Below, one piece after another: positions 57,226-64,000 of a stretch of DNA of 64,000 bases (position 1 is its first letter; every line of letters begins with the position of its first letter). The notes under the pieces are model-generated. The model searched no databases. It worked only from the letters and a program-made list of their open reading frames with translations, and was not told the DNA's origin. The position numbers and the translations under genes are program-made. This DNA is from Macrostomum hystrix (taxonomy: Eukaryota; Animalia; Platyhelminthes). The DNA lies in the NCBI GenBank assembly GCA_950097015.1, contig CATNEN010000001.1, forward strand, positions 20,336,001-20,400,000. Reading direction: 5' to 3'.

Positions 57226-58860
57226 ATGAAGTCAAGCTTTCTATTCACTTGCCTCTTGGCAGTCACTGCAGCTCTGCTGCTCTCCACTGCCTCTGCTCAG
57301 TGTCCGCAACAAAACTGGACTCAACGAGCTCAGTCGTGCTACAAGTGGTTCAGCCGCCCGCAGTACTGGTTCGAGGCCGAGCAGACGTGTCAGTCTCACG
57401 GAGCTCACCTCGCCTCCGTCGGATCTGAGCAGGAGAACCGACTGGTCGGAAGACTGTCTCACTGCAGAGACGCCTGGATTGGAAAGTTCGGCACGGACCT
57501 CAACCGACTCAGGGACCCGAGAACCTACGAGTGGACCGACGGCAGCGATGCCTTGAGCTTCGAGAGACACAACTTCTCACAGCTCGACACTGTGCACAAG
57601 CCTCTCATTCGCAGTGACGGTGAGTGGTGGCTCAACTCGCTCTATCACGAGAGACACCCGTTCGTGTGCAAAGCGAGCACCAACTCGAGTCACCATGAAT
57701 CGTCTCGCCGATGTCCGAGCGGCTGGTCGCTCAAAGACGACCACTGCTACTTGATGCCGCGCTTCGAGGCCAACTTCAACGAGGCGAATTTCTACTGCCA
57801 GCGAAACTCGTCTCAACTCGTGTCGGTGCTGACCCACTCTGAGCTGAGCTTCATCAAAGAGTTCACCTTCGGAATCGACGGTTGCGAGAAGTCGCCGGCG
57901 CTCGACTCGGTGTGGCTCGGCCTCATCAAGCTGAACCCCTGCTTCCCCGACAGTACGGGTCGCGAGCTGTGCTACCAGTGGACGGACTTCTCTGGCAAGC
58001 TGGCCTCGATCCCGCAGTGGCAGGCTGGACATCCGAACAATGCGGACTGGACTGTGAACTGCGTCACCCTGTCTGCCGGTCGACTGCGCACTGACAGGTG
58101 CTACAACAGGCACAGGTTCGTGTGCAAGTCGGTGGCGTCCAACGACACGGACGGAGGTGTGACTCCTCCTCCAGTGGATGGTCTTGTCGCAGCGTTCGAC
58201 TTCAGGAGGAGCCTCGACAACCTTGTGGACCGGCGGACCTATGTGATTGAGGACAAGTTCGGAGTTCAGAGGAACTTTGTAGATGGTGCTGTCTTCAAAT
58301 TTAATCAGACTGACTACAGACATAGCGAATTTTACAATATTGGAGGTCTGATTCCTTTCAATGAGTCTATTTGCAGTGCTTCTGAGTGGACGATGTACTT
58401 TAGGTTGTCTCGTAGGAGCAGAAATTATGTGGCGTTTGCAAGTGTTTCTAACCCAGGTTCGCACAGTTACAGTCTAATCGCGGAAATTCAATATCCTGAA
58501 AACCAGACTAATTTATTCGTTGTTCAATACCTGCCTCAAAACTGGACCAACTCAAAATATTTTCATAGTTCTTTTCGATTTTCAAGCGATCGCTGTCCAG
58601 AGTTCTCGCAGTGCGGTGTGAGCCTTTCGACGAGAAATTTTGTTTACAATGCCAGCGTCTCTGGGGAGCCGGGGTTCGCATCATCGAATTCCGGATTGGC
58701 AGGGCGGCTCGACTTTGAGGTTCAACAGATTCGGATCGGCTATGCATTCCCATTCAACTACAATTTCGACCCTGATTTGCGCATCGCCTGCTTCGGCATC
58801 GCCGTCAAGCAGCTGGGCGATGCTCAGGTGCGGAAGGCGATGTCAGTTTACTGTCTCTGA
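57226..58860 (+). CDS. Intronless secreted protein: signal peptide, two C-type lectin domains and a C-terminal LamG/concanavalin-like domain (544 aa)
   Basis: Signal peptide MKSSFLFTCLLAVTAALLLSTASA. Two CP..W.....CY...C......L.S...E...W(I/L)G...FVCK modules. The C-terminal GLVAAFDF...WTMYF...IRIG...LGDAQV pattern is LamG3-like. AATAAA at 58932-58937. Confidence 0.92.
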   Translation: MKSSFLFTCLLAVTAALLLSTASAQCPQQNWTQRAQSCYKWFSRPQYWFEAEQTCQSHGAHLASVGSEQENRLVGRLSHCRDAWIGKFGTDLNRLRDPRTYEWTDGSDALSFERHNFSQLDTVHKPLIRSDGEWWLNSLYHERHPFVCKASTNSSHHESSRRCPSGWSLKDDHCYLMPRFEANFNEANFYCQRNSSQLVSVLTHSELSFIKEFTFGIDGCEKSPALDSVWLGLIKLNPCFPDSTGRELCYQWTDFSGKLASIPQWQAGHPNNADWTVNCVTLSAGRLRTDRCYNRHRFVCKSVASNDTDGGVTPPPVDGLVAAFDFRRSLDNLVDRRTYVIEDKFGVQRNFVDGAVFKFNQTDYRHSEFYNIGGLIPFNESICSASEWTMYFRLSRRSRNYVAFASVSNPGSHSYSLIAEIQYPENQTNLFVVQYLPQNWTNSKYFHSSFRFSSDRCPEFSQCGVSLSTRNFVYNASVSGEPGFASSNSGLAGRLDFEVQQIRIGYAFPFNYNFDPDLRIACFGIAVKQLGDAQVRKAMSVYCL

Positions 58861-60407
58861 GATAGACTTTTCCTGCGAATGCTTAACACCAGAGCATTGA
58901 GAGATGTTTGCTCAGCGGCTCGGACTGCTCAAATAAAATGTGCTGGAGTTTGGGCTCATTAAAGTGCGATTATCTTTGACTTTTCTTTGTTTATTTTTTT
59001 AATAGTTATTTTTAGTGAAGTCACATTTCTCCAGGGTTCAATTTGAACTTTCTGGTGTCTCCGTTGAGAAGCCTGAATACAAAGTAAAATATTGAATCTG
59101 CCTGTCACTTCTTTTAGCTGTAATTTTTCAAACTTTATCCAGGTAATTTTATAAATATAATGACAGTTTTTAACACTTTCTGATGCTGCTCGTAGGAGGT
59201 TGGAGATATAAAACTGATTCAAATGAAGAAACTATTTAGCCTCGACCCCTTCGGCCCAAAGTTGCTTGTTTTGGAGGCCCCATATGCTTAGGGGTGTGTC
59301 AGAACCTAACACGCACTAGCGTACACACAAAATATATTTACTTGACTTTACTTCAGGCTGGTCCGGACGGGATTGAATTTGAGGACTCGAGCAACCCATT
59401 GTATAGACGCACACTTCTCAAGTTCAAACCCCTTATGTTCCGATGGTCCATGTTCCAAAGCAAAAGAGTCATAAAGCAATTTTAGAGGCCTCGTCTTCAC
59501 ACTCTAGTAGAGGTCTATGCCGCAGAAGGTAGGTACAAACCGCAATGCAAGATGTGAGATTTTATATGTATTCGTATGCATTTGAACAAGGCCCACAATG
59601 TCAAGAAAAGCTCCAAGGCCAAAGCATTTTTTCCAATCGGCAGCTGCTCTTCGACTTTTCCAAACTCTGCGGTCTCTCGTCAGCTTTTTTTGAAAAGGAT
59701 TTCACTGTTCGAAGAGCAGTCAAGCGTTTGTCAAACTTATATCGGTACGTAAGTTTGAAGGCCTATATATCATCCAGGCATTCACGTCGCAATTTATTGA
59801 TGTGCTGTCCGCGATGAGGTTTGATAAGAACGCTTTTTGTCGTTAAAAAATCCAGTGAGATAGAAATAGGCCAGCCAGATTTCATGGCGTGGCAAAGAAC
59901 ATCCGACGCTTTCAATCTCAGCTTCTTCAAGTTCCGTCCAGCGCGAAATTTCACATTTATGACGCCAGACAATCATACTCCATGGCCTGACGTTGCTAGT
60001 AGATTTTACATTCATTTTATTTCCTTGTTATTTGCTTTTGTTTGAGAATTGCAGACACGAATTACCTGCGATTCCAGCGTTCTTGAAGTAGAGCTTCGCT
60101 TCAGGCATGAAAAAGTGCGGCATGCACTCGTCGGGTGAGTTGCTAGAGCCGATAAGTCCTAGTCCCATGTCCCATTTTGAAGAAACACTGAAATTTTGAG
60201 TTATTTGCTTCCATGGGCTTGTCATTATAAAACAAAAATTAATCGATCGATCTTGATGCTTTTTATCGATTGACACATTCCACATTGGGAAAACTCAACT
60301 GGTTCGGGAGATATTAAATTTTTTTAAAGGCATGATAAAAATACATTAGTATTTCAACTTATTCCCTCGAAAAAAATTCATAAAAATTGTTGTGTAGTGA
60401 CTTGCTT

Positions 60408-60431
60408 AAACGGCCCTTTTCAGGGCCACCA
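60408..60431 (+). other. Histone mRNA 3' stem-loop motif with no adjacent histone gene
   Basis: AAAC-GGCCCT-TTTC-AGGGCC-ACCA matches the metazoan histone stem-loop consensus, including the flanks. Confidence 0.75.
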
Positions 60432-60990
60432 TTTTGAGTGCATTGGTTTTGCGTTGCGTGCGTGCTACTATTAGTAAACGTGTCAGTAATTGCGAGTTAT
60501 ATTAATATTAACCTGAGTGTTTGATATTCATCGATCGATGGGTTTTTTCGGTTTTGACAAATATAAAAGCAAAAGCAAGTTTTTCCTTTCTGGTTGTCCG
60601 GAATGCTTCCAGGACTAAATAGATCGTGTTGACTCGAATAGTACAACAACAGCACAGTTTAAGGGCTGAACTGTTTGCTAGACAGTTCACAGTCCACAGT
60701 TACTTTGCACTAAGCTGAAATCACAAGGATGTAAGAAAGTATTCCAGCACTTAATGGATTGTTTGTCATGGGTTCAGCATAAACAAAACCGCCAATTCCT
60801 AGCGAAAAAATCACGTGCTGCAGCGATCACCTCAAACTTAGCAGAGAGTATTTAACACTAGTTCAAAAACGGATTGTCCTGAATGCCTCACTGCACTCTG
60901 CACAAAATGCAAAAGCATACTTCTGAATAGAGGCTTTCAAACTAAATCTCTCTGCAATGCAATGAAATCGTTCAGTGTCGAAGTTGTGAA

Positions 60991-61355
60991 ATGGCAGTAC
61001 TGGCTTTGCTGCTCTGCTAGCTGGCTGCTGGCCAGGTCTCCCAGTGCGCAGCCACAGGCTCGCCGCAGCTCTGCTTCGTGGCCCAGCTCAATGTGAACGG
61101 CTGCTCGCTGTTCGTGCACGACACGGGAGCGAGTGACGGTCCGCACTTTGCAGTCGAGCCGGTCATGTGTGTGACGGACAGGCTTGAAGGATTGCTTTTG
61201 AGACTCGACCCAGTCACTCAGTAGCTGTACCTGAGTGTGCCTGTTGTCCTGTGGGATGCCAACATGCTCGAAGAGACTCAACGTCAGCCGAGGCATCTGT
61301 CACCGACGTCTGTGAGTTTCGCGGCCAGAGACAGAGACAGTCAGAGACATTAGCG
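60991..61355 (+). pseudogene. Possible pseudogene of a secreted protein (MAVLALLLC*LAAGQVSQC...)
   Basis: Signal-peptide-like start and coding-like GC content, with in-frame TAGs at 61018-61020 and 61222-61224. Confidence 0.35.
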
Positions 61356-61695
61356 TCTCGTTTGACTCCAACTCATCAATAGTTGGTGTTGGACTCTTGT
61401 GGAGTACTGACGAACGCATCGCAGCAATGAGACTCGGATTCAAAGAACGCCCTGGCAGCGAAGCAGTGCCTTCCGAGCCTTCCGAGTAGGACACGTGGCA
61501 GCCGTATCCCCAGGGATTTCCGTCAATGCGATTTCTGCAATCAATTGAGTCACATGTGGTCTTCAGCTCAAAAATCAGCTCAAATCCACGACTTGCTTTA
61601 TCTCTGCGGCTCTCAGAATCCATTGTTGCGAACAGAGAATGCCACAATTGCAGCTATAATATGTTGCAAAACAAATACATCTTTGAGACAGAACT

Positions 61696-61780
61696 GTACA
61701 GACGCCGGTACAAAATTTCCTCGTGTCGTCCACTGCGGTTCGCTCGCTCGATCAACCTCGAGAGCTGCACTGCTCGAGTG
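61696..61780. repeat. 85-bp inverted repeat, right copy (partner 54462-54546)
   Basis: Reverse complement of 54462-54546 with 2 mismatches. Confidence 0.9.
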
Positions 61781-63693
61781 CACCAGAGGCTCGACATCAA
61801 GGGCCACTTCCTCATCGAGCCTCGTCAGCTCACAAAGTTTCAATTTTAACTCAGTTTTTCTCTACAGTCACGGCGACCACCGCCACTGACAGGTGGCAGA
61901 AAAAAATATTCCAGGCAAAAGATTTGCCGCTGCAATTTCCTCTACACCTGGACCAGCTCCTTGATTGACTGTGTAAAGGAATAAAACTTAAATCAGAGGG
62001 TTATTGATTGAAGGCAGTATAAGTTAACTTTACTTCAGAAAGCCATGTGGCTAACTGAGCTAACTGATATATTAAGAATTGAAACTCCTCTCTCTCTGAC
62101 GCAACACCTACCCCATGCACACCTGCCCCAACACGCACACGGAGAGGGGGAGCGCCAAGTGTACACACAGCAAGCGTACACACAGCAATGGGTCTGTCGC
62201 ATGCACTCCAATTCCATCACAGACTGGCGAATTGTGCCTCCTCATCGCTGCCCTCCTCCAGAAAAGAAACATTTTGCTGACACATGATCAGCTGCTTGCT
62301 TGGCAGCTTCACCGGACCGAGCTGGCTGGATGTTTGAGTCGATGCCCATCAAGAACCGCCCAAGCAAGTCGTCGTCTCCGTTGAAGATCTCATCAGGCAG
62401 AGTCGCGATACCCTCTTGAGCAGTTGCAGTCGCGGTTGCAACCTCCTGAGCACTCCTGGCTCCAGCAACTTGAGCGCCATGTTCAGCTGTGGTCTTATTT
62501 TCGTGCCATGGTGTAGTTAATATTTGCAGATGCAGCCCTAGGTGTTCCCATAGTCATCAATACCTTGACTCCGGTGCGATGGTTGAAAGCTTCGGGGAGC
62601 TCCATGAGTTGGCAGCTTCTTTTTTTCTTCATCGCTAGCTGCTCCTTGTCTTTGTTTCTTTTAGCAACGCGAATCACCTTCCACCTGTTGCTTTCTTGCT
62701 TCTTTTTATCCTTGCTGACAATTCGGTGCCCGTGGTGTTTGCCCGGAATCTGTCCATCACTTACTGCTGGCCACAAACCAGCCAGCATGCAACATTGCAG
62801 GACTCATTTTCATGGTGTCTTGGTAATACACCTCCGACCGCGCAGACCTCGCAGCTGAGACCAAGTTCATAAAGGCCTCGATGGCAGCCTCTTCTTCTCG
62901 TCTTCTCAGCCAATAGCCTCAGCTTGTCAAATTTACCTTGGATGACCACCTGGGCAAGTGTCAGCAAGTGAGAGATTAATACGCAATGATTCGTTATCAG
63001 CCCAGTCAATATTTTAGCAATAACATTTTCGTTGCAAATTAGCTGAGTATCACTTAGGGATCACTTGAACTTCTAGCAGCCATGGGTCTGATAAGGTCAG
63101 ACGTTGGATTAAGCACCAGCGTACAACAGTTTGAGTATATTGCTCCATTGCACTGAAGATTTCACATATACAGCTACAGCTTGCAGACCGCTTTTGGTGC
63201 CTGTGATTGATGCCTTAGAAATAGGGCAAAACTTATGCGAATCGATTCTTAGAGCGCTTGAGTTGTTCGCTGTGGTGGCTACTCACAGAGCAGTAGTGTA
63301 AAGTAGCTGTGAGTCAATTGTAGATAGAATTATTAAAAGCCAATGAAATTCAGAACAATGGCTCAGTATGCACAACTTCAATTAAACTCTAATTTGCAGT
63401 AGCTCCAGAGCTCCACATGGCAAGATAATTTATGCAAAATAAAATTAATAAGAAGCAGCAGTACATATGGGCATGCGTATTTCTTTACTCATTTTGCATC
63501 CGGACTAGTGGCTATTAGGGCTGTGGCTATAACGGATGCTTAACGCTTTCTGATATCAGAATCCGTATGAATTTGGTTACGGAGATTAACAATAAAATTA
63601 TAGTCGTCACTCATTGTAAGTACATTCCATCGATTATTTGTTAAAATGAGAAAATAATTATTATTATATACTTCCTTTTGGAAATCCTCCACA

Positions 63694-63957
63694 ATAATTC
63701 ATGCTTTCCCATCGGTAATTCATGCTCTCCCATCGATAATTCATGCTCTCCCATCGGTAATTCATGCTTTCCCACCGGTAATTCCTGCTTTCCCATCGGT
63801 AATTCATGCTTTCCAAGCAATAATTCATTCTTAGCCCTTGATAATTCATGCTTTTCCATCGGTAATTCATACTTTCCCATCGGTAATTCATACTTTCCCA
63901 TCGGTAATTCATGCTTTCCCATCGGTAATTCATGCTTTCCCATCGGTAATTCATGCT
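63694..63957. repeat. 21-bp minisatellite (CCATCGGTAATTCATGCTTTC)n
   Basis: Visible periodicity. Confidence 0.95.
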
Positions 63958-64000
63958 CGAAGCAATGCTCGAAAAAGCGTTAACATATAAAATGAACATT

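Noticed and set aside
57241-58464. Antisense ORFs over the lectin gene
   Set aside because: They are shadow ORFs of a GC3-rich coding strand.

Overview
This is eukaryotic (animal) genomic DNA. The short GT-AG introns, GC-rich exons and a private minisatellite in nearly every intron suggest a repeat-rich invertebrate such as a Macrostomum-type flatworm; that assignment is inference. The window is dominated by one teneurin (Ten-m/Odz) gene on the minus strand. I reconstructed 19 phase-consistent coding exons from ATG 52335 to TAG 3389, about 2630 aa: Q/P-rich intracellular domain, TM helix, 8 EGF repeats, Cys-rich and TTR/FN-plug regions, NHL propeller, YD shell and RHS core. The reading frame stops before any recognisable Tox-GHH/TCAP domain. 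The last two exons of an unknown convergent + strand gene lie at 127-938. About 30 different tandem repeats fill the introns, and several contain or abut splice signals. Two copies of a tRNA-derived SINE are present. Upstream (54-64 kb) is a mosaic region containing an intronless secreted double C-type-lectin/LamG-like gene, an internally deleted duplicate of that locus that forms a new chimeric secreted-peptide ORF, a decayed retroelement RNase H, an orphan histone-type 3' stem-loop, an 85-bp inverted repeat pair and pseudogene-like fragments. All exon boundaries were read by eye.
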